Origin: a virus
Reading direction: 5' to 3' (one strand)
Virus record (IMG/VR): IMGVR_UViG_3300028800_000081
Coordinates: 1 to 64,000 of that record
DNA length: 64,000 nucleotides
Shown: positions 38,805 through 49,353 of the stretch, one piece after another
How positions within the stretch are numbered: the stretch's first letter is position 1
How the letters are laid out: each line of letters opens with the position of its first letter
The notes under the pieces: model-generated
Databases searched by the model: none
Told to the model about the DNA's origin: nothing
Seen by the model: only the letters and a program-made list of their open reading frames with translations
Program-made: the position numbers and the translations under genes

Positions 38805-39841
38805 GCGCCTACTACAATGAAATCGACCCCTATGCAGCACAATGGCTGCGCAACCTTATTGCTGCGGGACACATTGCCGATGGTGAAGTTGACGAACGAT
38901 CAATCATCGACGTTCCCGCCGCCGATCTCCGCGACTTCACGCAATGCCATTTCTTCGCTGGAATCGGCGGGTGGTCTGTCGCACTCAGGCTCGCAGGATG
39001 GCCCGATGATCGACCTGTTTGGACAGGAAGTTGCCCCTGCCAGCCCTTTAGCGCCGCCGGAGCGGGCAAGGCGGCCGATGACAGCCGTCACCTGTGGCCT
39101 GCGTGGTTTTCTCTCATCTCCGTCGCACGCCCTGCAATCGTCTTTGGAGAGCAGGTTGAAGCGGCAATTGGATGGGGTTGGCTCGACGCTGTTTTCGCTG
39201 ACATGGAAGGCGCGGGCTACGCCTGCGGGGCGTCCGTACTTCCAGCTTGTGGCATCGGCGCGCCGCACATCAGACAGCGAACTTGGTTCGTGGCCGACGC
39301 CAATGGCGGGGACGCCGGCGCAGCGGGGCTACAACGAAGCGGGGAACACGGACAGCGGGCGCAAGACGGTCGCGCTGGTGAGTTCCTGGCCGACTCCGCG
39401 CGCGGAAGACAGCGAGAGTTCGGGAATGCGTCACGGCCGCGGAGTGGCGGACACTCTGACGGCGGTATCGAGCCTAGCGGCTTGGACAACCCCGCAAGCG
39501 CACGACACGCACAAGCGCGGCGCGGGGAATCGCCTCAATCCGAAGGGCGGCGGGGGATGTTTGGCGTCGGAAGCGATCCTCGCGAGTTGGGCGACACCAA
39601 CGGCGGACGACGCGGACAATGTGACGAGGGCGAGCGGCCAATATCAATCGCTAACGCGACAGGCGATGACGCTTGGTCAAATCTCGAATGGCTCGCCTGC
39701 ACAGACGGAAGATCGCGGCCAGTTGAGCCCGGGACATTCCCGCTGGCTCATGGGATACAGCGTCGAACATCTAAGCTGCGCGCCTACGGCAATGCCATCG
39801 TCCCGCAAGTCGCGGCGGAGTTCATAAAGGCGTTCGCGTGA
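38801..39841 (+). CDS. C5-cytosine DNA methyltransferase (alpha-like chain)
   Basis: FFAGIGG, GSCPCQPFS, GEQV, PHIRQR, YGNAIVPQVA. Confidence 0.9.
   Translation: MSAYYNEIDPYAAQWLRNLIAAGHIADGEVDERSIIDVPAADLRDFTQCHFFAGIGGWSVALRLAGWPDDRPVWTGSCPCQPFSAAGAGKAADDSRHLWPAWFSLISVARPAIVFGEQVEAAIGWGWLDAVFADMEGAGYACGASVLPACGIGAPHIRQRTWFVADANGGDAGAAGLQRSGEHGQRAQDGRAGEFLADSARGRQREFGNASRPRSGGHSDGGIEPSGLDNPASARHAQARRGESPQSEGRRGMFGVGSDPRELGDTNGGRRGQCDEGERPISIANATGDDAWSNLEWLACTDGRSRPVEPGTFPLAHGIQRRTSKLRAYGNAIVPQVAAEFIKAFA
38817..39827 (+). CDS. Overlapping +1 frame ORF, putative methyltransferase beta chain (true start uncertain)
   Basis: Four WxTP repeats and the motif IX-like LSPGHSRWLMGY. Confidence 0.6.
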   Translation: MKSTPMQHNGCATLLLRDTLPMVKLTNDQSSTFPPPISATSRNAISSLESAGGLSHSGSQDGPMIDLFGQEVAPASPLAPPERARRPMTAVTCGLRGFLSSPSHALQSSLESRLKRQLDGVGSTLFSLTWKARATPAGRPYFQLVASARRTSDSELGSWPTPMAGTPAQRGYNEAGNTDSGRKTVALVSSWPTPRAEDSESSGMRHGRGVADTLTAVSSLAAWTTPQAHDTHKRGAGNRLNPKGGGGCLASEAILASWATPTADDADNVTRASGQYQSLTRQAMTLGQISNGSPAQTEDRGQLSPGHSRWLMGYSVEHLSCAPTAMPSSRKSRRSS

Positions 39842-40070
39842 CGTTCCCTCTTGCATCGCGCCCGTTGTGATTCGTCTCGCGGAGGCACAAGACATAGCGG
39901 CTTGCGATTTTCCGAATCTGGGCCAATCGTGAGGGGCTTGACGGGCGCGGTCGACTTGCCGCACATTCCGTCCGCTTGATGGCCCTAAGCAAGCCATCTG
40001 TTCGCGGTTGTCGGCCGGGCCTGGGCGTTCCAGGTCAGGCTCGGCGGCAGCTCCCTGGAACCGTAGGAAC

Positions 40071-40532
40071 ATGAACTCAGTCACAAATACGCCCAGAAGC
40101 AATCAGCACGATCCAGCCAGAGACGCGCGGATCGTTGCTCACTATCTGACGCCGCACTCAATGGAAGAGACGGGCGCGGAATTTGGCATCTCGAAGCAGC
40201 GCGTTCATCAAATTTTGGACCGCGTTGGGGTAGCTATTAGGCACGGCATCGGCGCCACAATGGCTGCGAGAATCGCTTCAGGGCAAGTCGCTCGCGCAGA
40301 GGCTGAAGCTAAGACAAAGGTCAAACGGGATCGCCAATTGCGGCAAAAAACCATTGCCGCGCTTGCTTTTGGCGATGGATATAGATTGCGCGAAATCGCT
40401 CGGTTTCTTGATTTTAATAGTCCGCAGCATGTGAATTCGTTGCTTCGAAAGATTGGCGCCCCTTTCCGAAAGCCAGAGGCGCACGAGCATATGAAACGCC
40501 GATGGGAAATGCGGCGCGAGTTAGCGAAATGA
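40071..40532 (+). CDS. HTH DNA-binding protein (sigma70 region 4-like)
   Basis: MEETGAEFGISKQRVHQIL; second HTH LREIARFL. Confidence 0.7.
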   Translation: MNSVTNTPRSNQHDPARDARIVAHYLTPHSMEETGAEFGISKQRVHQILDRVGVAIRHGIGATMAARIASGQVARAEAEAKTKVKRDRQLRQKTIAALAFGDGYRLREIARFLDFNSPQHVNSLLRKIGAPFRKPEAHEHMKRRWEMRRELAK

Positions 40533-41031
40533 AAATTACGCCTTCCACATTCACGCAAAGCCGCCCGGCATTATGCCGTCTGAGCGGTCAGCATGGCTAT
40601 GGAAAGCGAAACGGCCCGGTGCCTTTGAGGGCGTTCCGGGCCGCTTGCGTAGGGAGGAAAAGCCTTCCGAGGGGCGCGCTTGATATAGCGTTTCCCCACT
40701 CCCCGCGCAAGCCGATCCGTCCTCAACGGCCCGGCGGTCGCCTAGACCGTCACAAATCGCTGGCTCTGCTCCCCACGGCACCCAGCGGCCCAAACGGAGC
40801 GCGCGCGAGCGCGAACGTATGAGATGGTGACGGTCGGGAAACCCCAAGTCCAAAGCCTCGTAGGGTTTTCCAGGAGGGCGGCCATAACAACGCTCTCAGG
40901 CGGACGGCCTTAAGGACAGGGCCGGGGCGAAAGCCCGAGTGACGAGTACGCGGGGGAGGAATCCTCTTGGCCATAGGCGGCCTCCACCATACTCCGGTGG
41001 GCGGAAAGTGGGGAAGCTATGGAGAGGCGCG

Positions 41032-41481
41032 ATGAAGGCGACGGTCGGAAGCAAAAAGTGGCACAAGCGCCACAAGCGAAAGATGCACAAACGCAGAGGC
41101 GCTTCGTGGTGCCTCGTGTACGGGCTCTATGACCCGCGCGACGAAGCAAAGGCGATCCGGTATGTCGGGCAAACGAGGAATTCTAAAGTTCGCCTCGCCT
41201 ATCATCTGAAAAACGCGCGCGACGGGAAAGCCGGCCGCGTTCTCGCTTGGATACGCGAACTATTGGACGCTGGCGTTGCTCCCGTGCTGGCGGTCCTCGA
41301 CGGCGATGGCGCGTGGGACGTCTCAGAGATTATCTGGATCGAACGGCTGCGCGTCGGCGAAGCCGATCTTCTGAATGTGCTTCGCGGTGGCTGCGATCAA
41401 ACGCAACGCCGCGGACGGATCGAACGACATCCTGACGCAATCGCGCTGAACGAAGAATTTCGCGCGGTGATCGGCCCGTGA
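41032..41481 (+). CDS. GIY-YIG endonuclease
   Basis: VYGLYDPR...RYVGQT...RL..H...E..WI...LLN. Confidence 0.8.
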   Translation: MKATVGSKKWHKRHKRKMHKRRGASWCLVYGLYDPRDEAKAIRYVGQTRNSKVRLAYHLKNARDGKAGRVLAWIRELLDAGVAPVLAVLDGDGAWDVSEIIWIERLRVGEADLLNVLRGGCDQTQRRGRIERHPDAIALNEEFRAVIGP

Positions 41482-41518
41482 ACCACATCAACCCGAGCGA
41501 ATGGAAAGGCGAACTGCC

Positions 41519-42250
41519 ATGAGGGAAATTGACAAGACTGCGATGTCGTACTGGTTCCCGAAGATTGAGGCGGCTGGGCTTCCTGTCCCTCGCACGACGA
41601 TGGTGCCAATGCCGACTGATGCACAGCGCGACTTATTCCGAAGCTTTGACCAAGAACAGATGCATGGCGAATACGCTGCGTTCGTCAAGACACTTGAGCC
41701 GATAGCCGAATCCCTTGGATATCCATGTTTTGTGCGGACGGAATTCACATCCGCGAAACACGATTGGGAATTAGCATGTTACGTCAAGGCGTACGCGGAA
41801 TTGGCCGACCATATTTCGCACATCGTATATTTCAGCGAGTGCTGCGCTCCCGGAGGAGAGTTAGGTTACAACTTTTGGGCAATCCGAGAGTTCCTTCCTA
41901 CGATGCCCATCGGCGTCTGCCGCGGATACAGCAACATGCCGATTTGCCGAGAGTTTCGGTTTTTCGTCGAAGACGATAAAGTTGTGTGCTGGCATCCCTA
42001 CTGGCCTCGTCACGCGCTTGACGATGGCAACCCGGTATATTCCGGACCCCCTATGAGTTACGAAGAATTCTGCACGCCGCCAGACTTGGCCGCGCTAGAA
42101 AAGATCGCATCTGATGCAGGGCGCGCTGTTGGCGGAGCTTGGTCGGTCGACCTTCTCGAAACGAAGCGCGGATGGTTCCTGACTGACATGGCAGAAGCGC
42201 ACAGGTCTTTCCATTGGGAAGGTTGCCAAGTTCACGGAAAGCAACGCTGA
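41519..42250 (+). CDS. ATP-grasp fold protein (R2K/Cdc123-like)
   Basis: GLPVPRT, FVRTEFTSAKH, REFRFFV, WSVDLL..WFLTDM. Confidence 0.7.
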   Translation: MREIDKTAMSYWFPKIEAAGLPVPRTTMVPMPTDAQRDLFRSFDQEQMHGEYAAFVKTLEPIAESLGYPCFVRTEFTSAKHDWELACYVKAYAELADHISHIVYFSECCAPGGELGYNFWAIREFLPTMPIGVCRGYSNMPICREFRFFVEDDKVVCWHPYWPRHALDDGNPVYSGPPMSYEEFCTPPDLAALEKIASDAGRAVGGAWSVDLLETKRGWFLTDMAEAHRSFHWEGCQVHGKQR

Positions 42251-42834
42251 TGGACGACACGCAATTCGCCAACGGCCTGCTCGAATTGTGGACGGCTCAC
42301 GACACAGCCGGGTCACGAACCTACATCGCATCGAACGGCGGCATGTCTCGTGTCATTGCCCTCGCTGTCCGCGGCGCCGTGCGGGCAAAGCGTGATGCGA
42401 CCAAGACCGCGAAGGGCACGCCGCTGTCTGCGGACTTCCCGGACCGAATCGCCCTCGACAACGCCCTCGAATACTGGCGCAAGCACAAGCGGCCCGACAT
42501 CTGCCTGAAGATCGAAGAGGTCTCGGATCACTTCCGCCGTCACCACGCGGAGCACAAGGCGCTGAGCTGGCCCCGCACCTGGGCGACGTGGTACTGCAAT
42601 CAGATCAATTTTATCCGCGCGCCGGCGTCGATGCAGACCGCAACCGTCATTCCCATCAACGGCACGCCGCAAGAGTGGGCGAATCGGGTGCGGATTTGGG
42701 ACGGCACGAGCGGCGACGCTGACCTTCCGCCCGGCACATGGTCGGACAAATGGGGCCCGAAGCCCGGCGAGCCCGGTTGCCGAGTCCCGGACGAAGCGTA
42801 TGGTCTGGCGAGACCGAAAGCAGCGAGGGCGTGA
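42250..42834 (+). CDS. Replication-initiator-like protein (C-terminal domain type)
   Basis: SWPRTWATW, WGPKPGEPGCRVP. Confidence 0.5.
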   Translation: MDDTQFANGLLELWTAHDTAGSRTYIASNGGMSRVIALAVRGAVRAKRDATKTAKGTPLSADFPDRIALDNALEYWRKHKRPDICLKIEEVSDHFRRHHAEHKALSWPRTWATWYCNQINFIRAPASMQTATVIPINGTPQEWANRVRIWDGTSGDADLPPGTWSDKWGPKPGEPGCRVPDEAYGLARPKAARA

Positions 42835-43628
42835 TGGGTGAGAGAACCGAAATTTCATGGGCGGACAGCACGTTCAATCCGGTCGTGGGATGCACGAAGG
42901 TGAGCGCGGCATGCGATCATTGCTACGCGGAATCTTGGGCCAAGCGGGCCGGTCAGCCGGAGTTGTGGCAGGGCGAACGCCGCCGCACGACGCCTGAGAA
43001 CTGGCGCAAGCCTCTGAAGTGGGATCGCGATGCCGCGCTGTCGGGGCGCCGACCGCGCGTGTTCTGCGCTTCGCTGTCGGATGTGTTCGACAATCAGTGG
43101 GAACCAGAATGGCGTAGAGACCTGTGGCAACTGATAGCCGAGACACCGCATCTCGATTGGCTGTTGTTGACGAAGCGGCCGCAGAACATCGCGAAAATGC
43201 TTCCGAGCGGCGACCTCGCAAAATTCCTCCCGTGGCCGTGGCCGAATGTTTGGCTCGGCACGACGGCAGAAAATCAGACTGAGGCTAACAGGCGGGTGCC
43301 GCACCTCGTCGCAGTTCCTGCGGCCGTCCGGTTCCTCTCATGCGAGCCGCTGCTCGGACCGATCAATCTCGCACTGGCGGGATTGGAGGTATGCTTGAAC
43401 GACTTCGACACGCCATGCACGACGAACATTTCGTGGGTGATTTCAGGCGGGGAGAGTGGGTCGCATCATCGCCAAACGGACCCCGCGTGGATCCGGTCGT
43501 TGCGCGATCAGTGCTACGCTGTGGACATTGCGTTCCATCACAAACAGAACGGCGGCAAACGGCCGAAAGATGGCGGATGTTTGCTCGACGGTCGCGAGCA
43601 CAAAGAGTTTCCGAGGATGGCAGCGTAA
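42834..43628 (+). CDS. DUF5131 / Gp37Gp68 family protein
   Basis: GCTKVSAACDHCYAE, LLLTKRPQN, FLSCEPLLG, GGESG. Confidence 0.92.
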   Translation: MGERTEISWADSTFNPVVGCTKVSAACDHCYAESWAKRAGQPELWQGERRRTTPENWRKPLKWDRDAALSGRRPRVFCASLSDVFDNQWEPEWRRDLWQLIAETPHLDWLLLTKRPQNIAKMLPSGDLAKFLPWPWPNVWLGTTAENQTEANRRVPHLVAVPAAVRFLSCEPLLGPINLALAGLEVCLNDFDTPCTTNISWVISGGESGSHHRQTDPAWIRSLRDQCYAVDIAFHHKQNGGKRPKDGGCLLDGREHKEFPRMAA

Positions 43629-45007
43629 TGGCAAAGGTTGGAACACGAGCGGCCCCGAAGCTCCCCGCGCAGGCGAACGGCAAGCCGCTCGAGATCGTGT
43701 ACCGCGATCCGAAGGAACTGAAGCCGGATGCGAGAAATTCTCGTGTCCATAGTCCCGAGCAAATTGAACAACTCAGGGCCTCGTATCGACGCTTCGGATG
43801 GACGTCGCCGGTCTTGCTTCGTCCTGACGGTTCAATCGGTGCCGGTCACGCTCGCGTGCGCATGGCGATCCTCGAAAAGATCAAATCCGTCCCCACCGTC
43901 ACGATCGACCTCACCGAGAAGCAATGGCGCGCGTACGCAATTGTGGACAACCAGTCCGCACTCAATGCTTCTTACGATCTCGACATTCTCCGCACCGAAC
44001 TCGACGAGCTAAACGGCGACTTCAACCTAATCGAGGAAATGGGCTTTTCACTCGACGAACTCGCGGACCTCGAAGTCCCAGGATTCACGCTCGACGAAAC
44101 AAACGAGCGCGCCGAAGAGACGCCGCCTGTTCCTGCAAATCCGGTCGTGAAGCGCGGCGAGCTTTGGCTGCTCGGGAAGCATCGTGTGCTATGCGGCGAC
44201 TCGACGAAGGCTGACGACGTGGCGCGGCCTCTCAACGGCGCGAAGCCGCATCTGATGGTCACCGATCCGCCGTATGGCGTGAACTACGATGCCGACTGGC
44301 GCAATCGCGCCGACAGAGCAAACGGGCGTCCCTACGGCGCTCGCGCGGTAGGGAAAGTGACGAACGACAACCGATCCGATTGGCGCGAAGCGTGGGCGCT
44401 CTGCCCTTCCGACGTAATTTATGTTTGGCACCCGGCGGGTGCCAAACAGGTGGAATTTTTCCACAGCATCGTCGATTCTGCATTCGAATTTCGAATGCAG
44501 ATCATCTGGGCGAAGCAACAATTCCCAATCGGCAGAGGCGACTATCACGTCAAGCACGAACCTTGCTGGTACGCGGTGCGCAAAGGCAAGACCGCGCACT
44601 GGAACGGGAGTCGCACAGAGTCGACGCTGTGGGAGATCGACAAGCCGCACAAATCAGAAACGGGGCACTCGACACAGAAACCGATTGAGTGCATGCGCAA
44701 GCCCATCCTAAACAATTCGAAGCCCGGAGATTCCGTCTACGACCCGTTCCTCGGCTCTGGAACAACGCTCATCGCAGCCGAGATGGAGAAGCGCATCTGT
44801 CTAGGAATTGAGATCGCGCCAGAATATGTCGAGGTCATCATCCGACGCTGGGAAAAGTTCACATCCAAAACTGCGAAACGCGAAGACGGCGCAACGCTTG
44901 AAGACCTTCTCGACGCCAGAACGGCTGGTAAGGCTGTGGCTGGCATCGCGACCGGCAAGACGAAGCTCGTCCGTGGCAAGCGGCTCGCCAAGGCTCTGGC
45001 GACGTGA
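43628..45007 (+). CDS. ParB-like domain fused to an N6A/N4C DNA methyltransferase
   Basis: GAGHARV; TDPPY; HSTQKP; DPFLGSGTT. Confidence 0.92.
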   Translation: MAKVGTRAAPKLPAQANGKPLEIVYRDPKELKPDARNSRVHSPEQIEQLRASYRRFGWTSPVLLRPDGSIGAGHARVRMAILEKIKSVPTVTIDLTEKQWRAYAIVDNQSALNASYDLDILRTELDELNGDFNLIEEMGFSLDELADLEVPGFTLDETNERAEETPPVPANPVVKRGELWLLGKHRVLCGDSTKADDVARPLNGAKPHLMVTDPPYGVNYDADWRNRADRANGRPYGARAVGKVTNDNRSDWREAWALCPSDVIYVWHPAGAKQVEFFHSIVDSAFEFRMQIIWAKQQFPIGRGDYHVKHEPCWYAVRKGKTAHWNGSRTESTLWEIDKPHKSETGHSTQKPIECMRKPILNNSKPGDSVYDPFLGSGTTLIAAEMEKRICLGIEIAPEYVEVIIRRWEKFTSKTAKREDGATLEDLLDARTAGKAVAGIATGKTKLVRGKRLAKALAT

Positions 45008-45280
45008 CCCGCGTCCTGCAATGGGCACGCACGGAAGCCGAGGCGAAGCGCATGCAGGCCGAGGGCTGGATCGTGCCCGAGCAGGCCGTGACGCATCACA
45101 CGCGCTGGTCGATCCTGCTCGAATGGCCCGGCCCCGGCGATCCTCCCGGACTTGACGCCGCCCCGCCACAGGCCGCAGATGGCTGAGATTTGACTTATGC
45201 GCGCGCCTGGGGGTAAAAAGTTCGGGCCGATGGGCGTGTCACCGCCGAATCGACCCTGACCGTAGCGACTGGAGATCGCC

Positions 45281-46423
45281 TTGGCTAAGCAAGCCGTACC
45301 AAAACTCATCCGAACGTACAAGTTCCGATTGCTGCCGCGCAAGGCGCAGCACGTCCGTTTGCGCGCTGCGCTTGATCACACACGAGATATTTACAACTCC
45401 GCGCTGGAGTCCCGCATCTCTGCCTACCAGAAGCTCGGCAAGACGATGGGCTATGTGCGCCAGTGTCGTGAGCTTACGGAATTGCGCGGCGATCCCGGTT
45501 ACACGGAATTTCCAGTCGCTCTCCAGCGCTGGCCGTTGAAGCGGCTTGACGACGCGTTCGCCGCATTCTTCCGCCGTGTGAAAGCAGGCGATAGCCCTGG
45601 CTTTCCTCGCTTCAAGGGCCGCGACTGGTTCAAGAGCTTCGGCTTTTCTGATCGCTATGGCTGGAAGCTAGACGGCTCGCGCCTCTACATGAAAGGTATC
45701 GGTCGCGTGAAGGTGCATATGCATCGTGCGTTGCCATCCGCGCCGATTTTGTGCCAGATCAAACGCGATGCGAATGGTTGGGCTGTTCTACTCGTCTGCG
45801 AGGTAAGTGCCGAGCCATTGCAGGAAACTGGCAGAAACATCGGCATCGACCTCGGCATAACGTCGTTCATCGCCACGTCGGACGGCGAGACGGTGCCAGG
45901 GTTTCACGCGGCGAGGCGTGCGCAAGCGCAGATGCGCAGGCGTTCGAGGGCGCTTGAAAGATGCAAGCGGGGTTCGCGCAACAGGCGGAAGGCGAAGACT
46001 TGCGTTACGGCGGCGCATGAAAGCATCGCCAACGAGCGCCGAACGTTCCTGCATCAAGTGGCAGCGAAACTTGTGCGCGAAAATGACATGATCGCCGTCG
46101 AAAATCTAAACGTCAAAGGTCTTGCGCGCGCCATGCTTGCCCGCGATGTCAACGATGCTGGATGGTCCACCTTCACACGCCTCCTAATCGAAAAGGCTGA
46201 GAGAGCCGGTCGGTTGGTCGTAAAAGTCGATCCTAGATACACGAGCCAAGCCTGTTCCGGCTGTGGGGTTATCGTGCCGAAGGCGCTAGGCGTCCGCGTG
46301 CACGATTGCCCAGATTGCGGATTGCGTTTGGATCGTGACGTAAACGCAGCAAAAAATGTGCTGCACAGGGCGGTAACGCGCCCTGACGCGCTTCAATGCC
46401 GGGAGTCACTGGTATGCGCGTAG
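45281..46423 (+). CDS. tnpB: TnpB RNA-guided endonuclease (IS200/IS605 family)
   Basis: GIDLG, VENL, CSGCG/CPDCG, DRDVNAAKN: intact triad. Confidence 0.93.
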   Translation: MAKQAVPKLIRTYKFRLLPRKAQHVRLRAALDHTRDIYNSALESRISAYQKLGKTMGYVRQCRELTELRGDPGYTEFPVALQRWPLKRLDDAFAAFFRRVKAGDSPGFPRFKGRDWFKSFGFSDRYGWKLDGSRLYMKGIGRVKVHMHRALPSAPILCQIKRDANGWAVLLVCEVSAEPLQETGRNIGIDLGITSFIATSDGETVPGFHAARRAQAQMRRRSRALERCKRGSRNRRKAKTCVTAAHESIANERRTFLHQVAAKLVRENDMIAVENLNVKGLARAMLARDVNDAGWSTFTRLLIEKAERAGRLVVKVDPRYTSQACSGCGVIVPKALGVRVHDCPDCGLRLDRDVNAAKNVLHRAVTRPDALQCRESLVCA

Positions 46424-46469
46424 AAATGTCGGGCAACCGATTCGTTACCGTATGTCTCGCGTTGCGCTT
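46366..46469 (+). ncRNA. Putative omegaRNA scaffold and guide of TnpB-2
   Basis: Loop GGTAACG pairs with CGTTACC at 46443-46449; ACGCGC/GCGCGT stem. Confidence 0.55.
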
Positions 46470-46598
46470 CGCACGCCTTCTCGCCATGGCAGAGCGCGCA
46501 CGCAAACAGCCACGCATAGCGACATTCCTCCGCGCATGTGCGGATCGCGCGCAAGGCGAAGGCGAGTTCTATCAAGGCGCACCGGGAGGTAGACTGCG

Positions 46599-49353
46599 AT
46601 GAGCGATAACAAGATAACCGAAGCGTTTGAAACGTACCTGCGCGATCCTGTCGTGCAACGCGCGTTGGAAATGCGGATGACAAGCGGCAAGTTATCGGTC
46701 GACCTGCTCCGCGATTGTTTCATGAACGGCGCGAAGTGCGCAGCCGATCTCCTTGTAAAGCAGAAAACCGAGGCAAGACGCTCATGAGATACGAACCGAG
46801 GAACTACACGCTCGACGCGGAGCACGGGCTCGCGCCTGACTGGCTTGAGAAGTTCCCGATGGTTACGCCGTTCGCGCGGAACTGCATCGTCGGCCTCGCA
46901 ATCGCGCTGGCTTTAATCGCTTTCGCAATCATTCATTGACCACTCGGAGGGAAACAACATGCGCGACAGAGAACAACAGAGTAGCGTGCTGATGGGCGCG
47001 CTGGACGAGGCTGAAATCTGGCAGCGTTCCCCGGTGAGACGCTGGAACTATCTGATCCTGGCCGCGACGTATCTCTGCGGCATGGCGATATTCGCAGCGT
47101 TTATGACAGCGATCGTTGCCGGCGTCTGGCTGGTGATCGGATTCGTGCAATCGCTTTTCGGAGGATGACATGGCATTGGACAGAGTTCTACACGGCGGAG
47201 AGAAGCCGCGCTCCCACGCTGCGGCGATGGTCGACGGGCTGAAGTGGGATTCTGGCAATAACGCTTGCCTGAGCTTCCACGCGCTTGCGGAGCTGGCGCG
47301 CCGCGGCGATCTGACGATCGAGCACGCAACCGGCGAGTCTGGCGCGATACATCTCAGGATTGACCCGCGATGAGCGACGAAACAACGTGGATGAAGTTTC
47401 ATGTCGGCCAGCGCGTGTGGTGTGTGAACGACAAACCGCACAATCCAAATCGGATACAAGCCCCTCATCGCCCCGCGAGAGCGTGAGGCTCTCATCTCGG
47501 CAATGTGCGGCTTGTGACCCCACCCAACCCGAAAGGTGAGAGATGAGCTATCGGATGTTCCGGCAGCAATGCAGCGACTGCAAAGCGGTCTGGAACGCGG
47601 CGTTTGGGATCGTCGGCATGACGAAGATCGCCGAGCCTCCGTCGAAGTGCCCGAAGTGCGCCTCGCCGAAAATTGCCTTCTTCGATCACGGGTGGGCAAT
47701 GGATGACGGCTCGATATATCCCAAGCCTGTTGTAACGCACGTTGGCGATGCGGTTGTGCATGGCGACCGTGCTATGTCCGACAGCGAGATTGAAGCGATT
47801 GCGCTGATCGTCGAGGCTGCGAAGCAGAAGTTCGCATCCCCCACCCCACCAAAGGAGAAGACGTGATCTGCTCTGTCTGTGAAGGCGCGGGCAACATCAT
47901 AGCTCGCAGCGATAGCGGCTCAGACTGGCGCGGGCGGTATGCGTCATGCCCTTGCTGCCGTGGTCGCGGCGCTCTGGATGGTGAAGGTGCCGCGCTAGAC
48001 GACGCCACCCGCCGAATGCTGTATCCCATGCCGTCGCGATATAGGAGAGGCAACCGTGACTAGCTTCCTGACAGTATCTTCGACTGCGGGCTTCGAAAAA
48101 GGTGACATAATAGCCTTCCCTCCGGAGTGGAGGCCTGCCAAAGACCCCTGGTGGATTAGGGCATGGCGCTTGATCGTGCTGATGACCGTACGATACGAAG
48201 AAACTACAAGTATGATGGCCATTACCGACGTATGTAATGGAACCACGCTCAAAATATGTCCAGCGCCATGATGCCCGCTCTCGCCCTCTCCGCCTTACTA
48301 GCCGCGCAGCCGGTGGTGAAGCCGTGTGCGGGCAATCATTTTTGCTACGTCAAATTCCCGGACGACGATTTAGTATGGACCAAAGGGGTTGGCCCTGAAT
48401 ATCTCTACATCCCAGATTGGTGCACGCAAGTCGCGCCGCACGTGTTCGCATGTGAGCATACAATCACGCTCCCCTCCCCACACAAGGACAAACCATGACC
48501 GATACCGCGCCACTTCCAAACTGCAAGGGCTCGTGGGCGATTGGCACGGCGTGCAAGAAATGCGACCGCTGCATTCAAGAAGCGCTAGCGACGCATCAAG
48601 GACTGCTCGATAGCCTGAAGGCTGCACGCGCCGCTACGGAATTCACGTTGAGGTTGCTGCCAGAAAAAACTGACGGCCACGATGTCGGTGATCAATTCAA
48701 GATCGCATGCTTTGACGAACTGAGGCGCATGATGTGGGGAGCGAAGAAATAATGCCTGACCTGAGCCTCGCCGATTCCGCAGTTCTGCTCGCTGGAGCGA
48801 TTGCGGCCGGCATTCTGTTCGCATGGGTTCGGCCGTTGACGGCGCGTAGGGGCTACACGCCTCATCATGGCGGCGACAAATCTCGACCTCCAAAAGGATC
48901 TGCGGTATGGACCAGTCGCACAACTCGCCACTTTTGACCTACTCCGACAAATCGAACGAAGAGCTAGCCGACGCGCTGACCGGCATGCTTGCCACGGCGG
49001 CACAGCTCAAACGCGACGGCGACATCGAGATCGCGGATTCGATCTGGGATGGACAGATTGCGCCGCTGCTCACAGAATGCGCGAGGCGGTTGCGCGTGAC
49101 GAAAAGCGCGCCGCGCCCATACGTAGACCTCCGCGCGGTACCTGGCTCCGTATACTTTCGCGATTGCCACGGCGCGTTTTACCACTTGCGTCAATGCCAG
49201 TTCCCAATTGACGTTCTGGACGCCGCCCATTACCCAAATTCTTTCGGTCGTGCGGTCAACGAATCGGACGCGCAGCAATTGATCAGCGACATATTCTACA
49301 AAACTCCGCCCGGCACCGTAATCGCCATTTCCGATCGGGTTCTCGATCTATGA
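46599..49353 (+). other. Run of small overlapping hypothetical genes (nin-like region)
   Basis: More than ten short ORFs with ATGA/GTGA overlaps, several with CxxC pairs or TM segments. Confidence 0.55.

Noticed and set aside
37899-38840. Long antisense ORFs (here and e.g. 57402-58505, 58600-59598, 49296-50417)
   Set aside because: Shadows of high-GC coding genes on the opposite strand, with no motifs
40027-40061. SRP-like RNA (TCAGG...GCAGC hairpin)
   Set aside because: Lacks the GNRA-capped conserved helix; more likely a leader hairpin
33892-46423. Cas12/CRISPR system or nuclease-dead TldR
   Set aside because: No repeat-spacer array seen; both proteins are TnpB-sized with intact D-E-D residues
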